58,196 nt of DNA, filler included, from Sphacelaria rigidula (GCA_964200075.2; 8 parts of 8 records of this genome joined end to end with filler, not necessarily neighbours in it), one strand, 5' to 3'; counted from the first letter of the whole stretch, positions 22,861 through 36,509 are shown. Numbers and translations: made by a program. Notes: generated by a model from the sequence alone, not told the origin.

Positions 22861-24359
22861 GACGCGGTCAGGACTGTCAGCGGGAAGAACCTCGAAACAT
22901 CAGCGTTCCAGATGCAGTAGCTGTTGCGCTGTTAGGTCTCCGAAACAATTCAATGAGGAACATGTGCGGCATTTCCGCCTTAGGCGCCGAGGAAATGGGT
23001 ACGTCATTTCTCGGCCGAAGGCGATAATTTGCTGGGGGCCTTTTTTCTTCTCACCGAAACGAGAAAAAATGAGAAAATGACCAACACTGAACAGCAATCA
23101 TTTTGATGGTGATTTTCGGTGGGAAAATTGTGAGAATATCCCCCAAGAGATAGCCTCCGGCGACCCTACGGGAGGCCCGTGGCGGGAGACCATCATCCCG
23201 GAACGCACCTCCGGGGTAACTGCCGCCGGTCTATCTGAAACACTAAACAGACTCCGAGGACATTCAAAATTCAATAAATTCTGCAGATGCGCGCGCTTTT
23301 TCAAAATTTGAATCCATGGAATCCTGGTCACATGGACATCTGTGTGCTGCGGGCAGGTGCAAGCGAAAGAGGGTGTGAACTTCATACTGACTGTTGTACG
23401 TCATGCAGGTGACATTTCAATTTCAATAAACTGACCCAAGCGACAGCCGAGCACGTCCTGGGCGACTCATTTCGTCCGTACGGGACCTCTGGCTTGCTGT
23501 ACCCGCCGAAGGTTTGCTTTCGGCGCACCGCGGCGACATTTTACCCTCCATACAGGTCGAATCCGTCGCTTTAGATGGCCCGGCATCATAAAAGCGGAAG
23601 AGACGGAAAAATCAAATGCGCGGGAAGGAACAAGTTGCGACCCACTCATCTATTGCTGAGTGCGAAAGACGAGAAAGCATCTCAACGCATCATGTCAGTG
23701 AAGAGGTGAAGTAGATTGGGGATATAACGTATCCATGAGTGTGTCTGCGCCACAACGCGCGACTCGTCACGCCACTCATGCCTGGCGGGCTCGTTCTGTG
23801 GGCGCAAGGTGCCCAGAGCGAATGCGGGTAAAGCCCCGACACACGATGATATGATGTAACAGAACTGAGTGCGACCATTCAAAGAGCCAAACGGCGACAG
23901 CTGGGAGCCGTGTCCAGAGCCCCTGGACATAAACTCGAAAACATGCGCAAGGCGAAGCGCGGAGATGAAAACCATTCCAAGAGAACGAACAAGGTACAAG
24001 TCAAGTGTTACAAAAATAAATTACACGATGCATCGTCATGTCAGTCTACTTTCTGAAGGCACTGAAGCCGGCGAAGTGAAGACAATCCGTGCCGCAAGGA
24101 CTACTGTTACCGCAGGCGCGCCTTGCAGGGCTGGGGCGCATCAAACCCGGAAAGAGGGACGAAAATGCACAGCGCAAAACACAGAGCCCTACCGCACCAT
24201 ACTACACGCATAAACATGCGCATGCCGGAGCCTCGGGACATGGGCATGTTAGATGGAGGCTCAGGAAAAAGAACAAATAATCTCCATGTTCACATTCAAA
24301 TCGGGTAATATCAACCATGAATACTTTGACACCAAATGGGACAAAACTGTGCTGCGTTA

Positions 24360-24615
24360 CATTCACTTTTTCGGCCTGCATCAAACAAGATGCGCGCCTG
24401 ATCTATCGACAATAATCCGCGATGGCACCGGTAGGCCATGAACTGCAATGGCAAAAATACACTGTGCCCACTCCCCTTACCCTACGCACTTCGTCGACCT
24501 GCATCAAACAAGAGGCGCGCCTCATCTCTAGACAAATAATCCGCGCACCGAATGAGGATGGCTACAGCAGGGCATGAGCTTCAACGGCAAACAAACAATG
24601 TGTCTACTCCTTTTA
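24360..24615. repeat. Diverged tandem duplication (~123-bp period)
   Basis: CCTGCATCAAACAAGA.GCGCGCCT at 24375 and 24498, with collinear downstream similarity. Confidence 0.75.
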
Positions 24616-25353
24616 TCTTCTGCTAGTCATCGTGCATGACCCGCCTTCTACAACCGCCCAAGCAGCGTAACGTTTACACTGATAGTACAGAGGTACAGGA
24701 CTCTTCGATACAACGTAAATTCAACTCGTGTTTGGCACAAAACACTGTTCACGCAATAAACATGAAAAACGTGCCGTTTAGGGTCAAATACACCGGGTCA
24801 CAACTTACAACAGACCGGATGGAATGGGGGGCAGGACACATTCGAGGAAAACACCACATATACCACCTACACGTGGAGGCGGCTTCTACACACGAGTTAC
24901 TTATCAATCCGACATCCCCAAATCTTACATCCCATATCACTACACATTTGATTGAGCAACGCTCATTTCTCGCTACCCGAACTCTTCGTACGCTTTTTTC
25001 ACGGAGCTCATCCACCAGGGAAAAACATGAGAGAGTCCGTCGTTTTCTACAACTGGAAGACAGTGGTACCTCGACGTGTCGATCATTATATTGACAATTA
25101 CAATAACCAGCAAAAATAGGGTGCCTCTTTTCGGTCTGGATGGAAGGCGTGTGTATGTATGGGGTTTGGAATCGGGGGACATCATATATATTGTGCTGAA
25201 CACCAGAATAGACCAACTCAACACTCATGAAACAGAAACACGTCTAACTGAAAGAGCTGGAAGGCCGTTACCGACAAGGCAAGCTCCGCGCTCAATTATA
25301 AAATAAAAACACGACATATATCTCAATCCCACTCTCCGTCTCCTTTTCTCTAT

Positions 25354-25700
25354 TCACCACCTGCCTCGAGCACCATCACTGGTCCTGGACCTCTTACAGG
25401 GACGGTCCTGAGTCTCCTCCTCCACCCACAGCTCACTGCCGACCACAGGATAACAAGTCAGCTCCATACGAGGGCTTACTAGCCCCGCCACGCTGCGCCC
25501 CCAGCTCCTGCCTGCGTCGCTACCCGATCTAGACTGCGCTTCCGGCGTGCTGCAGATGCCACGGTCCGAGTCCGACGGCGGGAACGGCCACGGCGCGCGG
25601 CAAACCGACGACGAAGATGACCCTGACGGAGAGACCAAGGCGAATAGAGGAGGATTTGTGAATATCTCCTCGTTCCGGAAACGAGATGGGGGTATGACAG

Positions 25701-25752
<52 letters not shown>

Positions 25753-26238
25753 ACTGCTGCTGCTGCTGCTGCTGCTGTCATTGATGCTGCTGATACTATC
25801 GACTTCCCCCGCCCTCCATCGCTTTCCCCCCACGTGTTGCCCTATCTTACTTGTGAGCGAAGCTACTTCCTCGTCTAGGTCACTGAAATCGCTCCCGCTG
25901 AGATAACCCGGCTCTGCTGCATTTTCCGTACAACAGCGGCTGTGCGCAGTGTCGGATGCTCTCACTTGCGATTGCGCAACTCTCCCAGCATGCCGCGGCA
26001 GCAGCCAGCCCGCGCACGCCGGCGTTCGGGCAGAATGCGTACTGGGGCATGTTTTCAACCCCCCAGCACCGCCACGGCGTAGGTGGGCCTGTCCCAGTTT
26101 CGTTGCTGTCGTTGTCGGCATTGCTGTCAACGTGCGCGAGTGCCGACGGGACATCGATGCGTATGACTTAGGAGATGCAATCTGGCTGGTGCTGCCTTTT
26201 GCGGCGTCCTGACGCGCGCGCCCTGATACTGTCTCCAT
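25354..26238 (-). CDS. Hypothetical Ser-rich protein (single ORF; poly-Ser from a (CAG)n-type repeat at ~25701-25778)
   Basis: 321-codon GC-rich open frame; first ATG at 26238 (METVSG...). Basic C-terminal stretch RPCKRSR. No domain recognised. Confidence 0.45.
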
Positions 26239-26802
26239 GAAAACAGTGGTCGGGTCTGTCGTAGCAGCGGTTGTCAGCGGTCCGTGTCGGCGTGTTCTTT
26301 CCCCAAAATATATCTGCAAGCCGCCACGTGCGTTCGTTGTTGTTAGAGATGCGGATACTACACTGGAATTGGCTTGGCACTAGCGCGCGGCCGTCATATG
26401 TAGGTGTCGGCAATTGCCAGAGCATCAAAATTCAAATTTATTCTTCCGGTTCTCGGATGTGCAAGGATGGTTGAAGTACGTGCTGGGGATTTTTTTTCTC
26501 ATTATAAATGAAGTTGTATGAGGGTGGTCGCTATTGTAATAACGTTCATCTTTCGTTCTTTATATTGTATGCCGCCGTACCTCCTTGGCTCGCTTCCGCC
26601 TGCCCGTAGAATTGACGAATGACTAGGCCTTATTAGCCAGTGACATTTGCCTTATATCAAAAATAGGACTGATAATAGGACTGACGCATGTATCGCTAAC
26701 TGACGTTTCATGTGTCCAAGAAAGGCTTTCGACCTACACCCAACGATCTTTGTTCCCATGACACCAACCTTCGCACGCGTACGTGGTCGGTTGGGTCGGC
26801 TA

Positions 26803-26805
<3 letters not shown>

Positions 26806-26870
<65 letters not shown>

Positions 26871-26975
26871 GTCGTCCCATCTATTCTGGACGCCAGTCTA
26901 CACCTTTTGGTATATGTGGGCGCACCGCGCGGGGTCCCACAGGAGGAAGGTCAGCACAGGAGCTTTTTTTTTATT
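26806..26975 (-). mobile_element. SINE family A, 5'-truncated copy with long (CA)n tail
   Basis: (GT)n at 26806-26869 followed by GTCGTCCCATCTATTCTGG...CACAGGAGGAAGGTCA, as in the other copies. Confidence 0.8.
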
Positions 26976-27713
26976 TGGTACCCCTCCTTCAAAGGGTTTC
27001 GATAATTTCGTGATGGGGGGTCTAGGCAGCTAAGCGGCTCTCAAATGGTTACCTAGGGTTGCGATCGGCGCCCCTTGTCTTTTTATCCGCGATTGTATCA
27101 ACCATGCGTTCGCAGTACAACAGTATCCTGACTCCTCAGACCTCCTCATGTGCTTGCTCTTGCCGTTGTTGTTGAAATGAATCATATCTTTGGTTGAAAA
27201 CATTGCGTTCTCTGCCTCTCTGGGACGGAGGTGGTTTGTAGATGTATTCAGAGCTGCATGATGGGGCTGACGCCACGAATCTTCGTACGGCCGACTGTAA
27301 CTGCCCCAGAAATTTTGCGCCACACACGGACGGGAGTGCTCCGCCACGCGTGTTGTGTTTAAAGCTTTTTCGCCGCTACGCGCGTGTGTAGCTGAGTTTT
27401 CCGCTTCAATCGTACTCTAGCTCCCGAGATTTTGGTGAATACAGGAGTTAGTCACGTTGGTCGCGGCGGTCGCCTTGATGGGCTTGTTGCCCTGCGTCTC
27501 CCAGAGCAACCTAGAGTGAAACCACGGCTGGCTTCTGTCGAGCATTTGGCTTTCTCGGTTTTCCGGTCAGCTTTCACGCGATAGACTGGATCTGTGATTT
27601 AAATTTCTGATGCTCTCTCCAGTAGTTTGCCGGCTAAATCTCGCTGTGAGTCAAACACGTAATATTTATTACTTTAATGATTAGCGGGTATAGACGACGT
27701 GCACATGGTGTGT

Positions 27714-27714
27714 G

Positions 27715-27767
<53 letters not shown>

Positions 27768-28116
27768 GTCGTCCCATCTATTCTGGGCGCCGGTTTACAC
27801 ATTTCGGTATATGTGGGAGCACCAGCCTGGGTCACACATGAGGAAGGTCAATACAGGAGCATTTTCTTTGTCGTTTTAGTACCCCACCTTCCTTCTGTTG
27901 TGCTCGCCTTCATTTTTTATCGCAAGAGGGGTTTAGCACAGCAGTCCCTTTCCCTCTTCAACCGTCAAGTCGAATTTTGTTCACCCATGACATATTCGCT
28001 CTCCACTGTTGCGCATTGTGTGACAAAAAAATCCCAGATCGCTCCGAGAATTGAACCCACGACCCACCCGTAGAAGGGTTTCGAGGTTACCAACTGAGCC
28101 ACCGGAGTGACCGGCT
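27714..28116 (-). mobile_element. SINE family A, full length, with 11-bp target-site duplication
   Basis: ACATGGTGTGT at 27703-27713 and 28119-28129; A/B boxes; (CA)n tail. Confidence 0.88.
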
Positions 28117-30520
28117 TTACATGGTGTGTATTAATCAACGACGGTGTCATACGATGTGCTCAAAAACAAGTCCATTTGCAATGCGTTACCTTGTGATAAT
28201 ATTTCTTCGCTCGGAATATACCTCCGATTCTTGTTGGCTGCCATCTCTACTGGCAACACCGACGCTCATTCCTACCGAAAAAGCACGTCCAACAACACAA
28301 ATCTTGAACCAGGCTTTCAGGTGACACGACACTGTGGGATGATCGTATTGCCCAGCTACTAAACACAAGCCAACATCGCTTCCGGTCGACAACGAAAGCT
28401 GTTTCTCAAGGTGGAATTAAAATTCTCCTTCAAAAGATGACAAAACAGTCCGGGTGTTGGGGGGGGAAATGAGAGGTACGATGTGCGACATAAACATTGC
28501 TCGAGTTAACTCGAAATAAAAGGGTGACGACGGATGGATGTGGGTCGACGATTTTAATACATGCAGAATGGCGGAGGGAACATATCGCTCATCTCGGATA
28601 GCCAATTGGATGAAATGGGTGCACAGATTACCTGGAGCCAATAACAGGACAAGTCAAGTATACAGTACAGTATACATGAACCCTTGGACTGCGAGGCTAG
28701 TCGATCTGGAATATTTTTACTCTCCTGAAGTGAATTTGATGCCGAATCAGAAGAAGACCTACACTACTCGCCGTGTAAGAGTTAGGCGATAAAGACGTGC
28801 TGGACGGTAAATATCATATGCAAAAGGTGATGCAGCAGGACCTGCTCCTCACGTATCAGATACTTTCTACTATAGCCCCTCCCAAAAACCAGCCCGAAAG
28901 TGTCACGAAAAAAATGGCCACAAAGCGCCTAATGTTTGGGTTCAGGCTGCATGAAGCCTCATGTTGGCGACATTGGCTAGGACGAACCCAAACGTGGGAA
29001 TTCGCAGCTGCTCGTTGTGCTCGGCTTTTCCCATTTCGATTTACGTGAAGNNNNNNNNNNNNNNNNNNNNNNNNNNNNNNNNNNNNNNNNNNNNTTAATT
29101 AATTAANNNNNNNNNNNNNNNNNNNNNNNNNNNNNNNNNNNNNNNNNNNNGGAGGCACGGTGTTGGGAGGGTGGGGGTTGCTAGTCGGTGCTCCCCCCCC
29201 CCCCCCCCCCCCCCCCCGAAGAAGCATGGGACCACCAGGTGGCGGCGCCGGGAAGATGTGTTACAATGTGGAACTTTGGGTCCTAATTTCTGGTTACAGT
29301 TTTGACAGTTTATCGCGTTCGGGCGTGACACTCGTATCGCTCTGATTATACCACCGTTTATGGGGGACAAATCTGCACTTGTACAAATCTAATATTCTCA
29401 GCATGTCTGCAAGCGATTGACTTTTCGAACCCCAGTCTTTCGGGCAATGTTTGTCGACTAGCTGTGATAAAACCGCATCAATTCTCTGATTCTCTGGACA
29501 TCGACCCCACGATCGATCACCCTTACCCTAAAATCGAGACACTCCCGAGTGTGCGTGTACAAAAAAGTTTCGGTTCTGTTTTGTCTCGGTTACGTTTCAT
29601 CGTGTGGATAATGACCAGGCTGGATCCCTGGCTGACCAGTTAAAAGTGCGACAATCAATCAAATCAAGTCGACTCAACAAAAAGACTGATACTACCGTAA
29701 ACGCGCTGTCGGGGCTACACCGCGTTGAAAAGTCCAGGTGTCATGTGAAGTATAACCAATGAGCTCTGTCACTGCTTCTGGTCTTGCGCGTTCCAGGAGC
29801 GTGCAAAGAGGCGAAACGAAGCCAGATGTTGAAAACAGAAACTTGTTTTCTTCCTTTTGGCATAACACTGGCACTCGCTAGAGACTGAATTATCAGGTGA
29901 TTGCCCAGCGGATATTGCCTCCCTCGTTATTGACAGAGTTATCCACATGTCGATGTCCGGTCGTAGAAGCTGAGCCAGCATGGAAGAAGATTTGGGCTTG
30001 AAAGTGAATTTCCAACCTCAGCTTCGAAAGTTACGCGTTGAAATTTGGTACGGAGCATCGGAGGGAAAAAATAAGAAATGATTTGTGCATGCTGACGGTT
30101 TTTCTTTCACGAGTTGAAGGCAAAAACAAGATCGTTGTTCACAGAAACGTCCTCGACTCATAAAAAAAAATAAAAAAAACGTACAGAAAATATTCTACTC
30201 AATGTTTCACTGGGATATTACTCCATACCAAATTCCAAAGCACAACTCTCAGAACTGAAGTGGGAAATCTACTGAGGTCATATCACCACTTGGTAGAGTG
30301 GAATTTCGTCGGAAACTCATTGTTTTTTAGATAACGCTGACCCTAAACCTAACAAACGAAAACCCTTGAGCAAGCGGGGGGTGCAAACTGTTTCCTAGGC
30401 AAACTGTGGCGCTGGTGAACCAGGCACCGATTGACACGAACACGTTTTCTGTGCACGCTAGAATCACTTGGAACTGTCAAATCCATTGGAAAACCGAATT
30501 TCGGAGTTCATACTGCCGCT

Positions 30521-30975
30521 GCGCCCCGGTGGTGTGATAGTCCACCTGTCACCGTTAGGGTGGAGAGAACGACGGTTCGATTCCCGATGCGTTGGGTTTT
30601 TTCTTAGTACTGTCTGGTATCCACCGTGGAAAGCGTGAGAACGGGAGTGAACAGAATAGTTAACCAAGTTTGTTTGACATGAGTTGACGCGGTGCCGACT
30701 ATCGCCAATAGGGTGGAGAGAACAAGGGTTCAACCCCCGTGGGCTATTTCGTCGTAGTATCTGACTTCCACCGTGGAAAGCGTGAGAGCGTAAATAAACA
30801 AAGTAGTTGACTGAGTTTGTTCGACGTGGGTTGACGCGGTGCGGGAGTGATGTCCCACTCCGCGAGAGCAAAATTCAAGGCGTGTACCGGGGAGAGATGG
30901 GTTAATCCCTTGAGACCACGGACTCGTCCCGAGGAAGGGGAGGGGTTCAAAGTGCGACAAATAAAATGAAATAAA
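30521..30975 (+). mobile_element. SINE family B with internally duplicated 5' module and LINE-like 3' end
   Basis: B-box GGTTCGATTCC at 30574-30584. A ~150-bp module (TAGGGTGGAGAGAAC...CCACCGTGGAAAGCGTGAGA...GTTGACGCGGTGC) is present twice. Ends GACCACGG...AAAGTGCGACAA plus an A-rich tail. Confidence 0.7.
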
Positions 30976-32301
30976 AACACCCAAAAAATAATATTCCGGG
31001 AAAGTTTTATTCTTCCAAGTGGTGACATCTGCTGAATCCACTCTTGGTGCATGTAGTGTAATGCTTTGTATCATGTAATGAGTTTAGAGCGAATTATTGA
31101 CAACACGTATCTCTCATTAGTTGACGAGTTCGATCGTCTCTCCTTGCCCGAGAAAATGTTCACCCCCAAAATCAGCGCCATTGCGCTGATCATATTGTGA
31201 CGGAGACTCTACTCAGTGTCCGAGATGTCTCCGTAACTCACGGGGATCACCCGACATCGCGTCTCATCAACGAAAATAGCATCTGGCCGGGCTGATGAGT
31301 AAATAGACATATCTCCCCTTGATTGAGCGACAAATAAGATTCGCGGAACACGGCCCCATTCATCCGCGTTGATGAGATATGGCCACGTATGACAGCTCAA
31401 GACCGTTTTTAGGCTGGACCAGCTTGTACAGTGCAGTAGTAAGTGATGTCTGCAGCTCGGACAGGTTTAGACGATGGTCTCTGGTGGTCTGGTGACTGAC
31501 CCTGCGGGTCCTGCTATCCGCTCAGGGGTGAGATATTCGCTAACTCGTAATTGACGGTTGTTGTTGTTGTTGTTGTTGTTGTTGTCGTTGTTGTTGTCTT
31601 TACATTAAAAACCGTTCCGGTATCTGCGCGGTGCATTCGTACTGGGCATCTGATGCGGACGCCTTCCGTGTTCACAGGCTAGCAAAAAAAAGAGAAGATT
31701 AAAACTCACAAAACGCAATACAAGCAAAACAGGGATAAATAAAAAAGAAGAAAGAGAGTAAAAGTGGCCAACCTTAAAACATAGGTGGTGCGCTGGCAAA
31801 TTTCTGCTATTGCGGTAAATGTTTTGGACGTTCGTTGCACGTCTGCGGCGCAGGCCTGCTGGGCCTAATAATGGTTATATAAATGACAGTTTTTTCTTCT
31901 CAGCGATCGGGGAACGGGTTGGAGGGAAACGTCTTCCTTGCTATGGGGAGGGGAGTGGCTAGGGCTGTATTGTGTTGTGTTTAGTTGACTTTCTCGTCAT
32001 ACACACTGTACAGACTGATACACGCCTTCGACACCAAATCCATTCACTCACGAATATTCACGCCGATTCTCAAGAGTTAGATATTCTGAAAAAAATTACA
32101 CACATACCATATGGCACAACGAAACTTTTATGGGACGGTGTTTTTTCTAGTCATTCTCTTCACCGATTATCGGGGTTCCCAGGATCCTGAAGAGTTACAT
32201 ACCCTTCTGGGACCCCCGACAACCTGCGATTTTTCTTCAAACACCGTTTCTTGGGCGTTTGAAAATACCCCATGGTAATGTCTGTAATTGTTCAGACTTC
32301 A

Positions 32302-32606
32302 ACTCCTGGAATCTGCGTGAACATTTTCGCCTCTGTGGTGTGAAGTGAGCTCAGGTAAAGACTCTCAACTACTCGTTTTTCTTCATGGAAACGGATTTTT
32401 CGAGTATAACTAGCGTTAACCCTTAGACAGCGAGCGTCGCCTCGGAACAGTTTCACCGACTGACGGTCCATGGACATCCGGGGGTTTCCAAAGGCGAGGG
32501 GGGAGTGATTTTTGCCAGGGGGGGGGGGGTCTGTTCGCCGAACAGCCGATAAGCTCATCATGTTTACCATGTGTGTTTGGAACTTTCCCACGTGAAATTC
32601 CAGGGG
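32302..32606. mobile_element. piggyBac-like MITE remnant(s) at TTAA sites
   Basis: Right end CACGTGAAATTCCAGGGG-TTAA, degenerate left end CTCCTGGAATCTGCGTG, and an internal TTAA-CCCTTAGACAGCG end at 32416. Confidence 0.5.
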
Positions 32607-33065
32607 TTAACACGTGACACGTTTACGCTACGTTCATCACGTGTGTAAAATTTGACGTTCACGTTACCGTCCGTTTAGCACGTGAAAAAAAATCACGTCA
32701 CGTTGACGTTTCAATTGAAAAAATAATCCTTTTGAAACCCGTTGACGATTTTTGTTTTCGTGAATCGGCATCATTTTGACTTGAAAATGACTAAAAACGA
32801 TGCCGATTCACGAAAACAAAAATCGTCAAAGGGTTCCAAAAGGGTTAACGTTACGTACATCACGTGAAAAATTCACGTCACATTTCGTTACGTGTAACGT
32901 AATATGAAACGTTTCATGGAAGGTGTGACGTCTAATATAACGTTTCGTTGACACGTGTAAAGTCCGAATGTAGCGTTTCATGTTGTGCATGTCACGGGCT
33001 ACTTTACCAGTGTTTAAGGCGCTATAACGTGTCGTGTAACGCGTGACGTCCCCGTGTACGTGACG
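32590..33065. repeat. ACGT-dense degenerate repeat (related sequence at ~22095-22280)
   Basis: About 24 ACGT tetramers counted by eye in ~475 bp. Confidence 0.65.
32727..32844. mobile_element. 118-bp hairpin MITE, piggyBac-like
   Basis: 31-bp perfect stem (32742-32772 / 32799-32829) with a 26-nt loop. Ends (T)CCTTTTG...CAAAAGGG followed by TTAA. Confidence 0.8.
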
Positions 33066-35523
33066 CTAACGATGAACCGTTGTGTTTTTGAGCGTAGGCG
33101 CATCATCTGATCGTGTAGGGTGACTTTCTCTATAGTGTATCGTCCATTCGTTTTTTACCGATATACTTTCCTATATCCTCTTCTCTTTACATCTTTTCGT
33201 TTTCAATTTTCAATTTTCTAAATGCTTAATCATTCGCACGACAGCACATGCGGTACACACATCAGATTGTGAACATGATTGAACGCCGGCTTGAGCCGTC
33301 CCAACATTCCGCAGACAAAATCATATCGGGTACCCTTGGTTCTATACATGTATGATACATGTATATATGGACAAAAAAGACACTTCATCACGGCGCCGTT
33401 AAAGGCAGGCGTACGTATCTACGCATATATGTATGACAGAGATACACCGCGATTCAGGCGATCAATGCATTGATCGAGCAGAAAAATTATATCCCCCCAT
33501 TGTTCGGCGCGAAGCCTACTGAATATCTTGCATTTGCATGACAGCCAACAATGAGTTGCTTTATTCTGTGGTATCGCCACTTTCAGAGACAGCCACGGGT
33601 TGTACACTGCCTCATTGGTGCGTCACAGTATATATCGCATGTTTTATTCCCGGAGCAGATGCATGTCCAATATATATTGTCATGTATTCATGACACGAGA
33701 AATTTATGCCGTTGCTTAAATGTCTCCGAGGACATCTCAACACAACATATATTGAAAGAGCAATATTTGCGATATCTCCAATACAAAGTATTGGTATCAT
33801 ATTGGAACATACTGTATTCTCCAGGATATAAGCAACACAGCACCGGTGACCACAGGGATACCAAAAGGCGCATGTCGACCCGCGTTTTCTGTCGCCGTGA
33901 TGTTTACCGAATAAAGATTAGATGCTGTGAAGGGGATGGGCGGCCCCGTAACGGTAGCCAGGTAGGTATCAGAAGGCATATATACCGGGTCGTCTCTCCT
34001 GCCACCAGTATATATACATATATATATATCAAACGAATTCGACAACTCTTCGTAGCAATGCACGCGAAGTTTTGCGGCTCCCTTCGAAGCTTTTCCCAAG
34101 CTGCGCAGGCTCCGGCATCCATCGCGTCTGTATATTTTTTAAAGCGTACCCCATTCCTGTCATTTTCGATATATTGACCGGTCGATACATTGGCACACAC
34201 GCAGACCCAATATATACTGACCGGTCAATATGTTCTCACGAATTCGACCCAAATATATATATTGGTCGTGCAATATGCCGTCGCCCACACTGCCCCAATA
34301 TATATATATATATATATTGATGGGACAACATGTGTCTAACTCCACGGTACCAATATGTATTTTGGGCGGGCAATATGTATGCAGTCCCAGGACATCGATA
34401 TATATTGGGCGTACAACACGTGTGCAGTCCTAGAGTACCAACATATATTACGCCGGTAATATATCGCAAAATTCCAATACGATCGACTGATATATATTGA
34501 AAACGTGTTGCATTGTCCTGGGATTGGTCTCTGTTCTATGCGACAGTTTCGATTATCAGCTCACTCGCTGTTATTACTTTGTGTATACACCAGTGCGTGG
34601 CAAAGTAGTCGGAGAGGTCACACGCGGGGACTTCTTCGATTCCAGTACACGTAGGTCTCCTGTAGTTAAATTGGTCTCATACGGATCCTTCGTGGTGTAG
34701 GTGCTCTTTTGTCGTGTATGTTTCGTTTCTTGCCTTCTTCTGAGGGCTGTTCGGGTTATGGGTATGGGTGGTATGCTCCTTGCACTCTGTGACCACGGGT
34801 TCGAGAGATCGAGCTAATGTGACGGATATAATAATGATAATAATGATAATAATGATAATAATAATAATTGTCCAGGGTGTGGAGCTTTTCAACGACAGGT
34901 GAACGGAAAACCGTCGGGAGGCTTCTTGAGGTCTTTGGTGCACAGCAGTGGAAATCTGACAACGTCGGGACCCTGCATCACCGAAATATCCACGATTTCA
35001 GGAATAATTCGGTCCAGTCCTGACTGGTTTCAAACATATGTTTCTCTTTACCTTCCCGAGCTGACGGCCGTTTACCAAGATTTGAAGCATGAGGAGAGTG
35101 GATATAAATTGTGATGGAAAATCGTATTTTGAGTTTCAGAACACTTTAAAAGCCCTTTCGGTCGTTAGCGCCACCGCTATGATCTTGAAGGAAATCCGGC
35201 TATTTCACTCTCTTCCGTTGTCTATGGCGGTCAATACGATAGCATACATGCAGATTAGTGAAATTTGGGTCGAAAGCGCGAACCAGCCTGTACTGTAAAA
35301 CAGGTACGTCACAATTTCTCATCGCGCGTGCACACAACATACCGTGGCCCAACTAACGCTTCACGAAACAGCTACGGTACTCGAACCACCTGAAACCTGC
35401 GCGTTGTATCTCGTTCGTACTTGCGCCACAAATCTACAAAAAAGGTAAGTAAACGCAGGCGAAGCGCACGGCTGGCTGCTGTTCGGTAGCAGTCGGAAGT
35501 TTGCGCCATACTTGCTGCGTCAC

Positions 35524-35582
35524 CTTTGAGGTTTCACAACCGACACGCCACTCCAGTAGTTGGCCGCCAGTTGGACATACTC
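35524..35582 (-). CDS. Possible next exon of the TPR-like gene (EYVQLAANYWSGVSVVKPQ)
   Basis: CCTTCAG acceptor and AAG/GTGACG donor; phase compatible with the preceding exon. Confidence 0.35.
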
Positions 35583-35886
35583 CTGAAGGATTGTAATGAT
35601 TGCTCTTGATGAATAGGAAACGCTTACTATAGACACAGGGGGAAGATGGGGAATGAAGAGACCGTGCCACGTTCATCCCTTGTTTCGATATGGTGAAAAA
35701 AATCGTGGTTTTGCCTGGCGGTACGATCAACCTCCTTGTGCCCTGGGCTGTTCCACAAGGGTTCGAGTTCTCCCCCAAGCTACAAATGGGCATTGCTCGT
35801 TCGGCGTTCACCCCAACCGGGGAGTCATTGACCCACTTCGATCGTTCCCATCCCACCTCCTGCCCGTCCCCCGGCGGTTCACTTAC

Positions 35887-36009
35887 CGCAGCGCCGGCGA
35901 GTAGCATTTCCGGATAGTTGGGATAGCGCTGCAACAGTTGCCCAATCAAGTACGCCCCCTTGTCGACATTTCCGATCTCTATCTCGGCCAGTGCCACCTT
36001 GCTCCGGAA
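35887..36009 (-). CDS. Internal exon of a probable TPR-repeat protein
   Basis: TTGCAG acceptor, GTAAGT donor, 123 nt, phase 0. FRSKVALAEIEIGNVDKGAYLIGQLLQRYPNYPEMLLAGAA has TPR-like spacing (AL...G....G.....L...P). Confidence 0.7.
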
Positions 36010-36472
36010 CTGCAACCCGACAACAGCAAGGGTAATCCGAGAAGACATGAAGAGACCGAGAGATGGAGGGGAGAGGACGTGGGCAGGGGCAGAAGTAACT
36101 ATAAATAGGAGAACCATGTCAGGATTGGAGAGATGAGAACCTCGGAAGTTTTCACGGTTAGGACGAATCATCACGACTACGAATCACCAAACCCACGATT
36201 TCTTCGGCCTGATTTTGCCCTCAGAGGAGAAAAAAGTTGACCGCTGGTCAAAGGGGTATCCACGCAACTTTTGCACCATTCCATGTATCTGGGCTGCGCG
36301 TACCTGGGTTGCAACGCTGAAAACAAAGCCTAGGGATNNNNNNNNNNNNNNNNNNNNNNNNNNNNNNNNNNNNNNNNNNNNTTAATTAATTAANNNNNNN
36401 NNNNNNNNNNNNNNNNNNNNNNNNNNNNNNNNNNNNNTTTTTTTGTTTCCTTTTTTGTGGGGGGAGAGTTAT

Positions 36473-36509
<37 letters not shown>

